Part shown: positions 9,164-19,626 of the stretch, piece after piece
Layout: each line of letters opens with the position of its first letter
Numbering within the stretch: position 1 is the first letter of the stretch
Origin: an uncultured Acidobacteriota bacterium
GTDB lineage: Bacteria > Acidobacteriota > Vicinamibacteria > Vicinamibacterales > UBA2999
NCBI GenBank assembly: GCA_963707795.1
Contig: OY970174.1
Coordinates: 2,277,833 to 2,341,832, forward strand
Length of the DNA stretch: 64,000 bases
Reading direction: 5' to 3'
Notes under the pieces: model-generated
What the model was told of the DNA's origin: nothing
Databases searched by the model: none
What the model saw: only the letters and a program-made list of their open reading frames with translations
Program-made: the position numbers and the translations under genes

Positions 9164-10423
9164 ATGCCGTCGATGCTGGCGATCATTCTCGGCGGCGGGC
9201 AGGGCAGCCGCCTGTTCCCGCTCACCCACCTGCGCTCGAAGCCAGCCGTTCCGATCGGCGGCAACTACCGGTTGATCGACGTTCCGATCAGCAACTGCCT
9301 GCACGCGGAGATACGTCGCATCCACGTGCTGACGCAGTTCAACTCGGCCTCGCTCAATCGCCATGTCAACCAGACCTACCGGATGGACCCGTTCTCCACC
9401 GGCTACGTCGAGATCCTGGCCGCCGAGCAGACGCCGGAGAGCCAGGCCTGGTTTCAAGGCACCGCCGACGCCGTGCGCAAGGCCCGGCGGCATTTCGCCG
9501 CCGAGCCCGCCGACCACTACCTGATCCTGGCAGGCGATCATCTCTACCGCATGGATTACCGCCGGCTGCTCGACGCGCACCTCGAGCGCCGCGCGGACAT
9601 CACGGTCGCGGCGCAGCCCACGACGGCGGCGGACGCGACCGCCATGGGCATCTTCACGTTCGATCGTCAGGGCCGCATCACCGGGTTCGAGGAAAAGCCG
9701 GACGCCGCCCGGCTGGCCGAGATGGCGACCAGCCTGCCGCACGGCTCGGCCGTGCTGCGCACCGACGACGCCAGGCCGTTCATCGCCTCGATGGGCATCT
9801 ACGTCTTCTCGCGGCAGGTGCTGCTCGACATGCTCGACCAGCCCGGCAACGACTTCGGCCGTCAGCTGATTCCCGACGCGTTGCAGCGCTATCGCGTGTC
9901 GGCATACCTGTTTGCCGGCTACTGGGCCGACGTGGGCACGGTGGACAGCTTCTACCAGGCCAACGTCCAGCTCACGCAACCGGACGCGCCGTTCAGCTTC
10001 TACGATCCGTCATTTCCCGTCTACACGCACCAGCGATTCCTGTCGCCGTCGCGGCTGATCGACTGCCGCGTGGAGCGCGGGCTCATTGCCGAGGGCTGCC
10101 TGCTCGATCGGTGCGAGGTGTCGGGAACGGTCGTCGGCATTCGGACGACCATCGGGGCGGGCGCCCGCATCAGCGACTCGGTGCTGCTGGGCGCCGACTA
10201 TTACGACGCTGAGGGCCAGGAGGCCGGCGGCGTTCCACTCGGCATCGGCGCCGGCGTCCAGCTCGAACGGGTCATCGTGGACAAGAACGCGCGCATCGGC
10301 GCCGGCGCGCGACTGGTCAACGCGCGTGGCGTCGCCGAGCTCGACGGCGACGGCTTCTACATCCGTGGCGGCATCATCATCGTCGCCAAGGGCGCGACGA
10401 TACCCGCCGGCTTCGAGATCTGA
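9164..10423 (+). CDS. glgC: glucose-1-phosphate adenylyltransferase
   Basis: 419 aa. N-terminal LGGGQGSRLFPLTHLRSKPAVPIGGNYRLIDVPISNC and a C-terminal left-handed beta-helix repeat region. Confidence 0.9.
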   Translation: MPSMLAIILGGGQGSRLFPLTHLRSKPAVPIGGNYRLIDVPISNCLHAEIRRIHVLTQFNSASLNRHVNQTYRMDPFSTGYVEILAAEQTPESQAWFQGTADAVRKARRHFAAEPADHYLILAGDHLYRMDYRRLLDAHLERRADITVAAQPTTAADATAMGIFTFDRQGRITGFEEKPDAARLAEMATSLPHGSAVLRTDDARPFIASMGIYVFSRQVLLDMLDQPGNDFGRQLIPDALQRYRVSAYLFAGYWADVGTVDSFYQANVQLTQPDAPFSFYDPSFPVYTHQRFLSPSRLIDCRVERGLIAEGCLLDRCEVSGTVVGIRTTIGAGARISDSVLLGADYYDAEGQEAGGVPLGIGAGVQLERVIVDKNARIGAGARLVNARGVAELDGDGFYIRGGIIIVAKGATIPAGFEI

Positions 10424-10596
10424 AGGCGGCGCGCCACCCATTTACGCAGAATTAACGACCTCGTCATCCGCTGGAAACCTCCGCCCGGTACCGTGGGTGG
10501 CGATTGGTGATGCCGTCACACACATCGGCAGGGCGGGCCGGCGTGGCAGCCGCGCGACCGCGCCACGGCGACGCGCGCACGAGGTCGAAGAGGCGA

Positions 10597-11271
10597 GTGC
10601 TCGTCGTCGAGGACGAGCAGGACATCGCCGGCCTCATCAAGCACACGCTCGAGCGCGCCGGCGACGTGGACGTGCAGATCGCGGCGGGCGGCGACGCCGC
10701 GCTCAAGGCGGCCACCGAAGAGCCGCCCGACCTCATCCTCCTCGACCTCAACCTGCCGGTCGTGAACGGGCTCGAGGTGTGCCGGCTGCTGCGCGCGCGT
10801 CCGGCCACCCGGTCGGTACCGATCATCATCGTGACGGCGCGGACGTCGGAAAGCGACCGCGTCGTCGGCCTCGACGCCGGCGCCGACGACTACGTCAGCA
10901 AGCCGTTCAGCCTGCGCGAGCTGTCGGCGCGGGTACGCGCGGTGCTCCGCCGCGGGCGCGGCGAGCCGCCGCCCGGACCGGTCATCTATCACGGCCAGCA
11001 CCTGGTGGCAGACTTCGAAGCCGTCAATATCGAGGTGGACGGCGAGGCCATTCGCCTCACGCGGCGAGAGTTCGAGCTGTTGCGCTACCTGGTGGAGAAT
11101 CGCAACCGGGTGCTGTCGCGCGACCGGCTGCTCGAACGTGTGTGGGGCTACGACCACCTGATCGAAACGCGGTCGGTGGACGTGCATGTCGGACGCCTGC
11201 GCCAGAAACTCCGCGCCGCCGGCCGCCAGATCGAAACGGTCGTGGGACTCGGCTACCGCTTCGTCGAGTAA
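10597..11271 (+). CDS. OmpR/PhoB-family response regulator (no adjacent histidine kinase)
   Basis: Receiver domain (LVVEDE...DLILLDLNLP...KPF) plus winged-helix domain (LTRREFELLRYL...GLGYRF). The GTG at 10597 is preceded by AAGAGG. The ORF track starts earlier at 10504. Confidence 0.85.
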   Translation: MLVVEDEQDIAGLIKHTLERAGDVDVQIAAGGDAALKAATEEPPDLILLDLNLPVVNGLEVCRLLRARPATRSVPIIIVTARTSESDRVVGLDAGADDYVSKPFSLRELSARVRAVLRRGRGEPPPGPVIYHGQHLVADFEAVNIEVDGEAIRLTRREFELLRYLVENRNRVLSRDRLLERVWGYDHLIETRSVDVHVGRLRQKLRAAGRQIETVVGLGYRFVE

Positions 11272-11273
11272 AC

Positions 11274-11462
11274 CCGGCCCCTGAAACCTGAGGCCTGAAG
11301 CCTGGGGCCTGAGGCCTGAGGCCTGGCGCCTGGCGCCTGAAGCCTGGCCCCTGAAGCCTGGCCCCTGAAGCCTGGCGCCTGAAGCCTGGCCCCTGAAGCC
11401 TGAGGCCTGAGGCCTGGGGCCTGAAGCCCGGCCCCTGGAGCCCGGCCCCTGACTACTGAACC
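11274..11462 (+). repeat. tandem heptanucleotide array, about 27 units of CTGRNSC (CTGAAGC, CTGGCCC, CTGAGGC, CTGGCGC...)
   Basis: Phased by hand. Strict 7-nt periodicity fills the whole convergent intergenic gap between the response regulator and the 85-aa ORF. Confidence 0.9.
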
Positions 11463-11710
11463 TCCTGCCACCCCTCGTCGCGCAGCTGCGAGAGCTCCAG
11501 CACGAACGCGCGGCGCGCGTGCTCGACTCGATGCCAATCCTGATAGCAAGCCTGCCGAACGACCTGGCTGTCCTGCTCCTCGCGGACTTCCCAGCCGCTC
11601 TCGGCGGGGCGAATCGAGAACCGTCGAACGTGGTCGGCCTTCCTGATACTCCGGGCGAATGCGTACATCGTCGCGTCCTTGCCGGGCAGGAACGTGCCCG
11701 GTTCCGACAA
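11453..11710 (-). CDS. small hypothetical protein
   Basis: 85-aa ORF with non-artefactual composition (MYAFARSIRKADHVRRFSIRPAESGWEVREEQ...). No family recognised. Confidence 0.4.
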   Translation of the reverse strand: MSEPGTFLPGKDATMYAFARSIRKADHVRRFSIRPAESGWEVREEQDSQVVRQACYQDWHRVEHARRAFVLELSQLRDEGWQEVQ

Positions 11711-11785
11711 TCGTCACCCGAGCCGTCGCGTTCCGACTGTAAATTCGGTGTAACGGATTTGGTCAGATGCAAGAACGCACGATAT

Positions 11786-12684
11786 TTACGCCTTCGGCAC
11801 GCGCACGCGCAGCACCTGGGGATGGATCGACACCGCCAGCTCTTCCGCGGCCGAGGCGTGGCTCCCCGTCGACATGAAACGGAATCGGCCCGGCGGAGGT
11901 GACGGTCAGCGTGCGCGCCGCACGAATGGTGACCCCGCGGCCCGCCCGCAGCGTGCCGCGCGAGCAGCGCGGGCAGCCGCCAGGCGATGCCGAGCAGCGA
12001 CAGCTGATCGACGATCACGACCTCGAGGAGCCCGTCGTCGAGTCTGGCGCCGGGCGCGATGACCAGGCGGTTGCCGTACTGACGGCCGTTCGCGATGGCG
12101 ACGAGCATCGCGCGATGCTCGACGACGTCGCCGTCCAGCGTCAGGCGATAGGTCTGCGCCCGATAGCGCGCCAACTCGAGCGCGCTCAGTTGCACGTAGG
12201 CTGCCAGCCCGCGGCGGCGCAGCCCGCGCTCCGCGAAGCGAGCCGCGACGATGGCGTCCACACCGACGCCGGCGATGTTGAAGAAGTGACAGTCGTTCAC
12301 CTGGCCGGCATCGATGGTCATCGTCGATCCGGCGGCGGCGATCTCGAGTGCGCGCGCCGGCGCGCTGGGCAGGCCGAGATCGCGGGCGAGCCCGTTGCCG
12401 GAACCGGCCGGCACGATCGCCAGGGTGGCGCTCGTGTTCATCACGGCGGCTGCCACCTCATTGACGGTGCCGTCGCCGCCCCAGGCAACGACCAGGGCAC
12501 AGCCACCGGCGGCCGCTTCGCGCGCGAACGTGCGCGCGTCGCCCGCCGCCGTCGTTGGCCGCACGACGGCCTCGACGCCGTGGTGCGCCAGCACCCGTTG
12601 CGCCAGCTCGGCGTGGGCGTGGATTTCAGTGTGGTGGCGGCCGTGACCCGAGAGGGGGTTGATGATGACGGCCGCGCGAGTCAT
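11786..12684 (-). pseudogene. diacylglycerol/lipid kinase (DAGK catalytic domain, YegS-like), two frameshifts near the 3' end
   Basis: MTRAAVIINPLSGHG...VVAWGGDGTVNEV...VPAGSGNGLARDL, carried inside the artefactual ORF 10516..12774. The C-terminus is recovered only by shifting frame at about 11960 (GC repeat) and about 11860-11867 (C run). This gives ...PFHVDGE...AEELAVSIHPQVLRVRVPKA. Confidence 0.75.
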
Positions 12685-13190
12685 CGGCCGATCTTGCGAA
12701 GGGCGCGCGGGGGCAGGAACCACTTGAGCGTCCCGGGCCCGGTCGGCATGGCGCCGTCCAGCTCGAGGCAGCACACCGCGCCCTTCTTGAACTCGACGCC
12801 GCCGCGCGCGCGCAGCAGCCGTGCGGTCAGCTCGCCCAGATCGGGCTCGTGGCCGACCAGGGCGATGTGCCTGGCCCGCTTCCCGTACTTGCCGAGCGCC
12901 TCCAGCACCTGCGTCATCCGGCCGCCCGGCGCCAGCGCCTCGATCATCTCCAGCCGGGGCTTGCCGCCGATGCCGGCGACGAGCAGCTCCGCGGTGTGCG
13001 CGGCGCGCACCAGCGGGCTGCTGAGGACGAGGTCGAGCTTCACGTCGAAGTCCTTCAGGCCTTCGACGACGCGCTTGAACCGCGCGATGCCCTCGCTGGT
13101 GAGCGGCCGCTCGCGGTCGTCCGGGTAGTTAGGGCCGCGCTCGGCGGCCACGGCGTGACGAACCAGGAGCAACTCGATCGTGGCTGCCAT
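12681..13190 (-). CDS. sixA: phosphohistidine phosphatase SixA
   Basis: 169 aa. LLVRHA...PLTSEG and LVGHEP motifs of the histidine-phosphatase fold. ATGA overlap with the downstream kinase gene. Confidence 0.8.
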   Translation of the reverse strand: MAATIELLLVRHAVAAERGPNYPDDRERPLTSEGIARFKRVVEGLKDFDVKLDLVLSSPLVRAAHTAELLVAGIGGKPRLEMIEALAPGGRMTQVLEALGKYGKRARHIALVGHEPDLGELTARLLRARGGVEFKKGAVCCLELDGAMPTGPGTLKWFLPPRALRKIGR

Positions 13191-13232
13191 ATATTCAGGG
13201 TCTCGACCGCTCGGCCGTGGGCCGGACGGTGC

Positions 13233-14117
13233 TCACGCGACCGCCGTCGAGCGCCCGTGGTCGGCGGGCGTCAACAGCTCGCATAGTTTGAGGATGGCCG
13301 CGCGCCGCCGCATGAACACGGCGTGGTGCTGGCGGCACTCGTCCTCGAGGGTGCGCACCAGCCGATCGAGCTCCGCCGCCAGCCGCCGGTCGCCGCCGGC
13401 GAGCTCGGCCTGGAGCGAGCGGGTGCGGTCGATCAGAATCTCGAAGTCGTGCATCTCTCCCAGCAGATCCTGGACGCGCTTGAGCTGCGTGATGCGCGCG
13501 GTGGCGCGCGACCGCTTCAGCTCGCGCTCGATTTCGAGTGCGTAGCGCAGCTTCTTGGCGGCGACGCGGACGGCGTGCAGGCGGTCGGGCAGGTAGAGTC
13601 CGCCGGCCCGCTCGATGGCCGCGGTCAGGCGGCGGGCGCGGCGGGCGATCTGGCGCCCGACCTCGTCGAGTGCCGCCCCCGTTTCGCCGGCGTCCGGTGC
13701 CTCCCCGACCTGCCCCAGCCGCTGACGCAGCTTCTCGACCTTGCCGGGGGTGATGGCGGCGAGCATGTCGCGGCGGCGCTTCTGCCGCTCCTGCGTGACC
13801 GCCTGCCGGACGCGCGCGATGGCACGCGGTGACACGACGTTGCTCGCGCGCAGCTCGTCGAGGTGGCTGAGCGCGACGTCGAGCTCGCGCACCGGCCCGA
13901 GCGCGCGGGTCATGCGCCGGACCCGCCGCCGCACCCGCGACAGCGACCGGGTGCTGATCGACGCGCGGAGCACCGGCAGGGCTTCGCGGAGCCGCCGCGT
14001 CGCCACCCGCGCCTGGTGCACCGAGCGCATGTCGCCGGCCTGCGCCGCCGGCATCGCGTCGACCAGCGTGGTCAGGCGCTGGCTGAGCAGCACGAGGAGG
14101 GCGGTCCGATCGTCCAT
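13233..14117 (-). CDS. CHAD domain protein
   Basis: Internal ATG of ORF 13233..14330. Repeated helical VHQARVATRRLREAL and LHAVRVAAKKLRYALE motifs are typical of CHAD. Confidence 0.8.
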   Translation of the reverse strand: MDDRTALLVLLSQRLTTLVDAMPAAQAGDMRSVHQARVATRRLREALPVLRASISTRSLSRVRRRVRRMTRALGPVRELDVALSHLDELRASNVVSPRAIARVRQAVTQERQKRRRDMLAAITPGKVEKLRQRLGQVGEAPDAGETGAALDEVGRQIARRARRLTAAIERAGGLYLPDRLHAVRVAAKKLRYALEIERELKRSRATARITQLKRVQDLLGEMHDFEILIDRTRSLQAELAGGDRRLAAELDRLVRTLEDECRQHHAVFMRRRAAILKLCELLTPADHGRSTAVA

Positions 14118-14161
14118 GCTAGTATCGAGCGCTCGCGGCCCAATTATACCGATCACGCGCC

Positions 14162-15811
14162 ATGCGTCTTGCCGCCATCGACATCGGCACCAATTCGGTT
14201 CACATGATCGTCGTGCGCGTGCGCCCGGACTTCTCGTTCGAGGTGATCGATCGGGAGAAGGAAATGGTGCGCCTCGGCGCCGGCGGCCTCGGCGGCCGCA
14301 AGCTGACGCAGGAGGCGATGAGCTCGGCACTGCAGGCGCTGTCCAAGTTCGAGCGCCTCGCCCGATCGCACGAGGTGGACGAGATCCTGGCGGCCGCGAC
14401 CAGCGCCACGCGGGAGGCGGAGAACGGCGGCGAGTTCCTCGCCGCCATCGAGCGCACCACCGGCATCCGCCCGCGGATCATCACCGGCACCGAGGAGGCC
14501 CGCCTCATCCACCTCGCCGCCGTGTACGGCATCGACACGCCGAAGACCGCCGTCGTCATCGACATCGGCGGCGGCAGCGTGGAGATCACGCTCGGCACCG
14601 GCCAGGTGGTGCAGTTCGCGCGGTCGTTCAAGATCGGCGTCATTCGCCTGACCGAGCGCTTCGTCAAATCCGACCCGCTCAGCGGCCGCGACGAGCGGAA
14701 GCTGGTCAAGCACATCGGCGAGCAGGTGGACCGCTACGTCCGGCACGTCGTCGAGGCGGGCTTCGACCGGGTGATCGGCACCTCGGGCACGATCCTCTCC
14801 GTCGGCACGGTGGCCAGCGCCATCGACCGCGGCAGCGTCCCGGCGGAGACCCGCAACCTGCGGGTCTCGGCGAAGAACATCCGGCGCCTGCGCAAGGTCG
14901 TCACCGAGCTCGACCTCGAGGAACGGCTGCACCTGCCCGGCCTCGATCCGCGGCGCGCCGACCTGACGGTGGCCGGCGGCGTCCTGCTCGACACGCTGCT
15001 GCGCAAGCTCAACGCCGACGAGATCACGCTCTGCGACCTCGCGCTGCGCGAGGGGCTGGTGCTCGACTACATCCATCGCCACCGGTCGGACATCACCCGC
15101 GTCGATCAGTATCCGGACGTGCGCCGGCGCTCGGCGATCGAGCTGGCCGAGCGGTGCAACTGGGAGGCCGACCACTCGAAGCGGGTGGCGCAGCTGGCGC
15201 TGACGCTGTTCGACGACACCGCGAGCATCCACGGCCTCGGCGCGCGGGAGCGCGAGTGGCTCGATTACGCGGCGATGCTGCACGACATCGGCAACCACAT
15301 CAGCTACGAGCGCCACCACCGGCACTCCTACTACCTGGTCAAGAACGGCGACCTGCGCGGCTTCGAGCCGGAAGAGATCGAGGTGATGGCGCTGCTCACC
15401 CGCTATCACCGGCGCGGATTGCCCAAGCGCTCGCACGACGGCTACGGGGCGCTCGCCCGCCCGCTGCGGCGGACGGTGCGCACGCTGTCGGTGTTCCTGC
15501 GGCTGGCCGAGACGCTCGACCGCAGCCGCAACGGCGTGGTCCGCAACGTCGAGACCCGGGACCGCAGCGGCACGCTCCGGCTGGACGTGTATGCCGTCGG
15601 CGACGCCGAGCTGGAAGTGTGGGCGGCCACCCGCCAGCTGCCGTTGCTCGAGGCCACGCTCGGGCGGGCGGCCAAGATCGTCGCGCACCACGTGCACGAG
15701 GCCGACGACCCCGCGCGCGCGGGCAAGCGGGCGCCGGCCGCCGCGAAGCGGCGGGCGCCGCGCCGCAAGCGCGCCGGTACGGCAGCTACCGCCGCGCCCG
15801 TCGTGCACTGA
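14162..15811 (+). CDS. ppx: exopolyphosphatase / guanosine pentaphosphate phosphohydrolase (Ppx/GppA) with C-terminal HD domain
   Basis: 549 aa. AAIDIGTNSVHMIV and VIDIGGGSVE actin-like ATPase motifs, plus LHDIGNHISYERHHRHS. Confidence 0.9.
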   Translation: MRLAAIDIGTNSVHMIVVRVRPDFSFEVIDREKEMVRLGAGGLGGRKLTQEAMSSALQALSKFERLARSHEVDEILAAATSATREAENGGEFLAAIERTTGIRPRIITGTEEARLIHLAAVYGIDTPKTAVVIDIGGGSVEITLGTGQVVQFARSFKIGVIRLTERFVKSDPLSGRDERKLVKHIGEQVDRYVRHVVEAGFDRVIGTSGTILSVGTVASAIDRGSVPAETRNLRVSAKNIRRLRKVVTELDLEERLHLPGLDPRRADLTVAGGVLLDTLLRKLNADEITLCDLALREGLVLDYIHRHRSDITRVDQYPDVRRRSAIELAERCNWEADHSKRVAQLALTLFDDTASIHGLGAREREWLDYAAMLHDIGNHISYERHHRHSYYLVKNGDLRGFEPEEIEVMALLTRYHRRGLPKRSHDGYGALARPLRRTVRTLSVFLRLAETLDRSRNGVVRNVETRDRSGTLRLDVYAVGDAELEVWAATRQLPLLEATLGRAAKIVAHHVHEADDPARAGKRAPAAAKRRAPRRKRAGTAATAAPVVH

Positions 15812-15815
15812 CCCG

Positions 15816-15854
15816 TTACACCAAATTTACAAGCCGGAAACTGCTCCGAAACCG
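15816..15854 (+). promoter_or_regulatory. Pho-box-like direct repeats with 11-bp phasing upstream of pstS
   Basis: TTACAC(15816) caaat TTACAA(15827), then AAACTG(15838) and AAACCG(15849), each 11 nt apart. They lie 20-60 nt upstream of the pstS ATG. Confidence 0.4.
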
Positions 15855-15874
15855 CCGTTGAGTACGGTGGTGCC

Positions 15875-16903
15875 ATGTCTGTGTCATTCCGTTGTCTGGT
15901 CCCGGTGGCGCTGGTGGCTCTGGCCACGGCGTGCGGGGGCGGCGGCTCATCGGCGCCGGGCACGCCGGCGCCGTCGGACATCAAGGTGGACGGCTCGAGC
16001 ACCGTCTTCGTCGTCAGCGAGGCCGTGGCCGAGGAGTTCCGGGCGGCGGGCAACCGGGCCCGGGTCACGGTCGGCCAGTCCGGCACCGGCGGCGGCTTCC
16101 AGAAGTTCTGCCGCAGCGAAACCGACGTCAGCGATGCGTCGCGGCCGATTCGTCCCGGCGAGATCAGCAGCTGCCAGCAGGCCGGCATCGCGTTCTTCGA
16201 GCTGCCGATCGCCTATGACGGCATCGCCGTGGTCGTCAACCCGAAGGCCGACTGGATCAGCGACATCACCGTGGACGAGCTGCGGACGCTGTGGGCGCCG
16301 GAGGCGCAGGGCACGGTCATGCGCTGGAGCCAGGTGCGCGAGGGCTGGCCGGACCGGGAGATTCACCTGTTCGGCGCCGGCGTCGATTCGGGCACCTACG
16401 ATTACTTCACCGAGGCGATCACCGGCAAGGAGGGCGCCAGCCGGGGCGACTTCACGTCGAGCGAAGACGACAACGTGCTGGTCCAGGGCGTGGCCGGCGA
16501 CGAGCTGGCGCTGGGGTTCCTGCCCTTCGCCTACTACAACGAGAACCAGTCGCGGCTGAAGCTCATCCCGGTGGACAACAAGAAGGCCGACGACGGCGCC
16601 GGGCCAATCGCGCCGAGCTTCGAGACGATCCGCAACGGCAGCTACCAGCCGCTCGCCCGCCCGCTGTTCATCTACGTGTCCGAGCGATCGCTGGCGCGGC
16701 CGGAGGTGCAGCAGTTCGTGGACTTCTACCTGGCCCAGGTCGGCACGCTGGCAGAGGAGGTCGGCTACGTCCAGCTCGGCGACGAGGGTTACCGTCTGGT
16801 GGCCGAGCACTTCAAGGCGCGCAAGCCGGGAACGATCTTCGGCGAGGGCGGGTCGCAGGTGGGTGTCACCATCGAACAGCTCCTGGCCAAGGAGCGCCAG
16901 TAG
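15875..16903 (+). CDS. pstS: phosphate ABC transporter substrate-binding lipoprotein
   Basis: 342 aa. Lipobox LATAC. PstS-family motifs GSSTV, QSGTGGG, DASRP. Confidence 0.9.
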   Translation: MSVSFRCLVPVALVALATACGGGGSSAPGTPAPSDIKVDGSSTVFVVSEAVAEEFRAAGNRARVTVGQSGTGGGFQKFCRSETDVSDASRPIRPGEISSCQQAGIAFFELPIAYDGIAVVVNPKADWISDITVDELRTLWAPEAQGTVMRWSQVREGWPDREIHLFGAGVDSGTYDYFTEAITGKEGASRGDFTSSEDDNVLVQGVAGDELALGFLPFAYYNENQSRLKLIPVDNKKADDGAGPIAPSFETIRNGSYQPLARPLFIYVSERSLARPEVQQFVDFYLAQVGTLAEEVGYVQLGDEGYRLVAEHFKARKPGTIFGEGGSQVGVTIEQLLAKERQ

Positions 16904-16946
16904 CTCGGGCCGCCGTTCACGCAGCCATGCGCGGGGCCGGGCAGCG

Positions 16947-17828
16947 ATGAGAGGGCGTCGGTTCGAGCGGGTCATCGAGTGGGTGCTGTTCCTGTGCGCG
17001 GCCCTGTCGGTGTTCACCACCGCCGGCATCATCGTGGTCCTCGCGATCGAGACCGTGGGCTTTCTCCGCGAGGTCCCGCTGCTCTCGTTCCTGTTCGGCA
17101 CGGAGTGGACGCCGCTGTTCGCCAACAAGCAGTTCGGCGTGCTGCCGCTGGTGGCGGGCACGGTGCTGGTGTCGGCGATCGCGATGCTGGTCGCCCTGCC
17201 GATGGGGCTGTTGAGCGCGATCTACCTGAGCGAGTACGCGCCGGCGGCGGTCCGCCGCGTCGTCAAGCCGGTGCTCGAGATCCTGGCCGGCGTGCCGACG
17301 GTGGTCTACGGCTACTTCGCGCTCATGTTCGTGACGCCGCTCCTGCAGCAGGTCGTGCCCGGTCTGGCCGGCTTCAACGCGCTCAGCCCGGGGATCGTGA
17401 TGGGCATCATGATCCTGCCGCTGGTGTCGTCGCTGTCCGAGGATGCGATGCGGGCGGTGCCGCGCGGCTTGCGCGAGGGCGCCTACGCGCTCGGCGCCAC
17501 GCGGATGCAGACCTCGCTGAACGTTGTCGTGCCGGCGGCGTTCTCCGGCATCACGGCCGCCTCCATCCTGGCGGTGTCGCGCGCGGTCGGCGAGACGATG
17601 ATCGTGGTCATCGCCGCCGGGCAGCAGCCGCGGCTGACCGCCAGCCCGCTGGTGCCGATCGAGACCATGACCGCCTACATCGTCCAGGTCAGCCTCGGCG
17701 ACACGCCGCAGGGTACCCTCGAGTACCGGACGATCTTCGCGGTCGGCATGCTGCTGTTCCTGATGACCTTCTCCCTGAACCTGGCGAGCACCTGGCTGCG
17801 CGAACGCTTCCGCGAGGAGTACGCCTGA
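16947..17828 (+). CDS. pstC: phosphate ABC transporter permease PstC
   Basis: Internal ATG of ORF 16863..17828. Polytopic, with EAA-loop-like [14 protein letters not shown]. Confidence 0.9.
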   Translation: MRGRRFERVIEWVLFLCAALSVFTTAGIIVVLAIETVGFLREVPLLSFLFGTEWTPLFANKQFGVLPLVAGTVLVSAIAMLVALPMGLLSAIYLSEYAPAAVRRVVKPVLEILAGVPTVVYGYFALMFVTPLLQQVVPGLAGFNALSPGIVMGIMILPLVSSLSEDAMRAVPRGLREGAYALGATRMQTSLNVVVPAAFSGITAASILAVSRAVGETMIVVIAAGQQPRLTASPLVPIETMTAYIVQVSLGDTPQGTLEYRTIFAVGMLLFLMTFSLNLASTWLRERFREEYA

Positions 17829-18718
17829 TGGAGGCGGCGGCCGAGACCTTCCGCACGCCCGACATCGGCACCCGCCGGCGCCATGTCTTCGACCTCGTCT
17901 TCCAGCTGGTGGCGCTGGCGGTGCTGCTGCTGGCGCTGGCGGCGCTCGGGCTGCTGATCTACGACGTCGTGTCGGACGGCATCGGCCGGCTGAACTGGCA
18001 GTTCGTCACCAGCTTCTCGTCGCGGCGGGCGTCGAGCGCCGGGATCTACCACGCGCTCACCGGCAGCATCTTCGTGATCGCCCTGACCGGGGCGCTGGCG
18101 CTGCCGGTCGGCGTGGCGGCGGCGATCTACCTCGAGGAATATGGGACGCGCAGCCGCGTGGCGCGGCTCATCGAGATCAACATCGCCAACCTGGCCGCGG
18201 TGCCCTCGATCATCTACGGGCTGCTCGGGCTGGGGCTGTTCGTGCGGGCGCTGAGCATGGAGCGCAGCGTCCTCGCCGGCGCGTCCACGCTGGCGCTGCT
18301 GGTGCTGCCGGTGGTCATTCTCTCCACCCGCGAGGCGCTGCGGACCGTGCCCGGCACCATCCGCGAGGGCTCGTACGCGCTCGGCGCGACCAAGTGGCAG
18401 ACCATCTGGCATCAGGTGCTGCCGATGGCGATGCCGGGCATCCTGACCGGCCTCATCCTGGCGCTGTCGCGGGCCATCGGCGAGACCGCCCCGCTCATCA
18501 CCATCGGCGCCGCCACCTATATCCCGTTCGCGCCCGACGGCATCTGGTCGGCGTTCACCGTGCTGCCCATCCAGATCTTCAACTGGGTGTCGCGGCCGCA
18601 GCTCGATTTCCAGCAGAACGCGGCGGCCGGGATCATCGTGCTGCTGGCGCTGCTCGTCTTCATGAACGCGACCGCCGTCGTTCTTCGCGATCGCTATCAG
18701 CGACAGGGGCGATCATGA
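17828..18718 (+). CDS. pstA: phosphate ABC transporter permease PstA
   Basis: MEAAAETF... lies in the downstream part of ORF 16979..18718. [18 protein letters not shown]-type overlap with pstC. Confidence 0.9.
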   Translation: MEAAAETFRTPDIGTRRRHVFDLVFQLVALAVLLLALAALGLLIYDVVSDGIGRLNWQFVTSFSSRRASSAGIYHALTGSIFVIALTGALALPVGVAAAIYLEEYGTRSRVARLIEINIANLAAVPSIIYGLLGLGLFVRALSMERSVLAGASTLALLVLPVVILSTREALRTVPGTIREGSYALGATKWQTIWHQVLPMAMPGILTGLILALSRAIGETAPLITIGAATYIPFAPDGIWSAFTVLPIQIFNWVSRPQLDFQQNAAAGIIVLLALLVFMNATAVVLRDRYQRQGRS

Positions 18719-19548
18719 GCACGCTGTCCCGCGGTCAGATTCCGTTGACGGTGCCGGTGGTGCGCGGCGGACAGCCGCCGGCCGCCGAGCGGCCGACCAA
18801 GATCGACGTCAAGGACCTCAACTTCTTCTACGGCGACAAGCGGGCGCTGGAGGCGATCACCATCTGCATGCAGTCCAACCTGGTGACCGCGTTCATCGGG
18901 CCGTCGGGCTGCGGCAAGAGCACCTTCCTGCGCACGCTGAACCGGATGAACGACATCATCCCGGGCACCCGGGTCGACGGCTCGGTGCAGATCGACGGAC
19001 AGGACATCTACGGGCCGGGCGTCGATGTCGTCCAGCTGCGGCGCCGCGTGGGCATGGTGTTCCAGAAGTCGAACCCCTTTCCCAAGACGATCTTCGAGAA
19101 CGTCGCCTACGGCCTGCGCGTCAACAACATGGCCCGCTCGCACGCCGAGCTGGCCGATCGGGTCGAGGAGAGCCTGCGCGCCGCGGCGATCTGGGACGAG
19201 GTCAAGGACCGGCTGCACGACTCGGCGCTGGCCCTGTCCGGCGGCCAGCAGCAGCGCCTGTGCATCGCCCGTGCCCTGGCCATCCGGCCGGAAGTGCTGC
19301 TCATGGACGAGCCGGCCTCGGCGCTCGACCCGATTGCGACGCAGCGCATCGAGGAATTGATCTACAACCTGAAGCAGAACTACACGATCATCATCGTGAC
19401 GCACAACATGCAGCAGGCGGCGCGGGTGTCGGACTACACCGCGTTCTTCTGGCTGGGCCGGCTGATCGAGTTCGATCGGACCGACAAGATCTTCACCGCG
19501 CCGGCCGAATCGCTGACCGAGGACTACGTCACCGGACGGTGCGGATAG
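18715..19548 (+). CDS. pstB: phosphate ABC transporter ATP-binding protein
   Basis: Walker [10 protein letters not shown], signature LSGGQQQR, Walker B LLMDEP. Overlaps the pstA stop. Confidence 0.95.
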   Translation: MSTLSRGQIPLTVPVVRGGQPPAAERPTKIDVKDLNFFYGDKRALEAITICMQSNLVTAFIGPSGCGKSTFLRTLNRMNDIIPGTRVDGSVQIDGQDIYGPGVDVVQLRRRVGMVFQKSNPFPKTIFENVAYGLRVNNMARSHAELADRVEESLRAAAIWDEVKDRLHDSALALSGGQQQRLCIARALAIRPEVLLMDEPASALDPIATQRIEELIYNLKQNYTIIIVTHNMQQAARVSDYTAFFWLGRLIEFDRTDKIFTAPAESLTEDYVTGRCG

Positions 19549-19626
19549 AGCGCCGATCGGCACCGCGCCGCGTCAGCGGCGGGCGTGCGGCGGCGGAGGC
19601 GGGGGCAGAGAACGCGGAGGACCATC

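Noticed and set aside
10432-10502. 9-bp inverted repeat CGCCACCCA ... TGGGTGGCG downstream of glgC, considered as a terminator or structured RNA
   Set aside because: The loop is 53 nt, there is no T tract, and I recognise no conserved RNA motif. Chance occurrence cannot be excluded.
11274-11462. Heptamer arrays considered as CRISPR arrays
   Set aside because: The units are 7 nt with no interspersed unique spacers, and no cas genes are in the window. The same applies to the arrays at 63201-63262 and 63819-63967.
10516-12774. 752-aa minus-strand ORF in the supplied track
   Set aside because: It is a chimera. Only 11786-12684 is a real (frameshifted) lipid kinase gene. The rest reads out of frame through the small ORF, through the stop-free strand of the heptamer array (giving ASGxRxQ repeats) and antisense to the response regulator.
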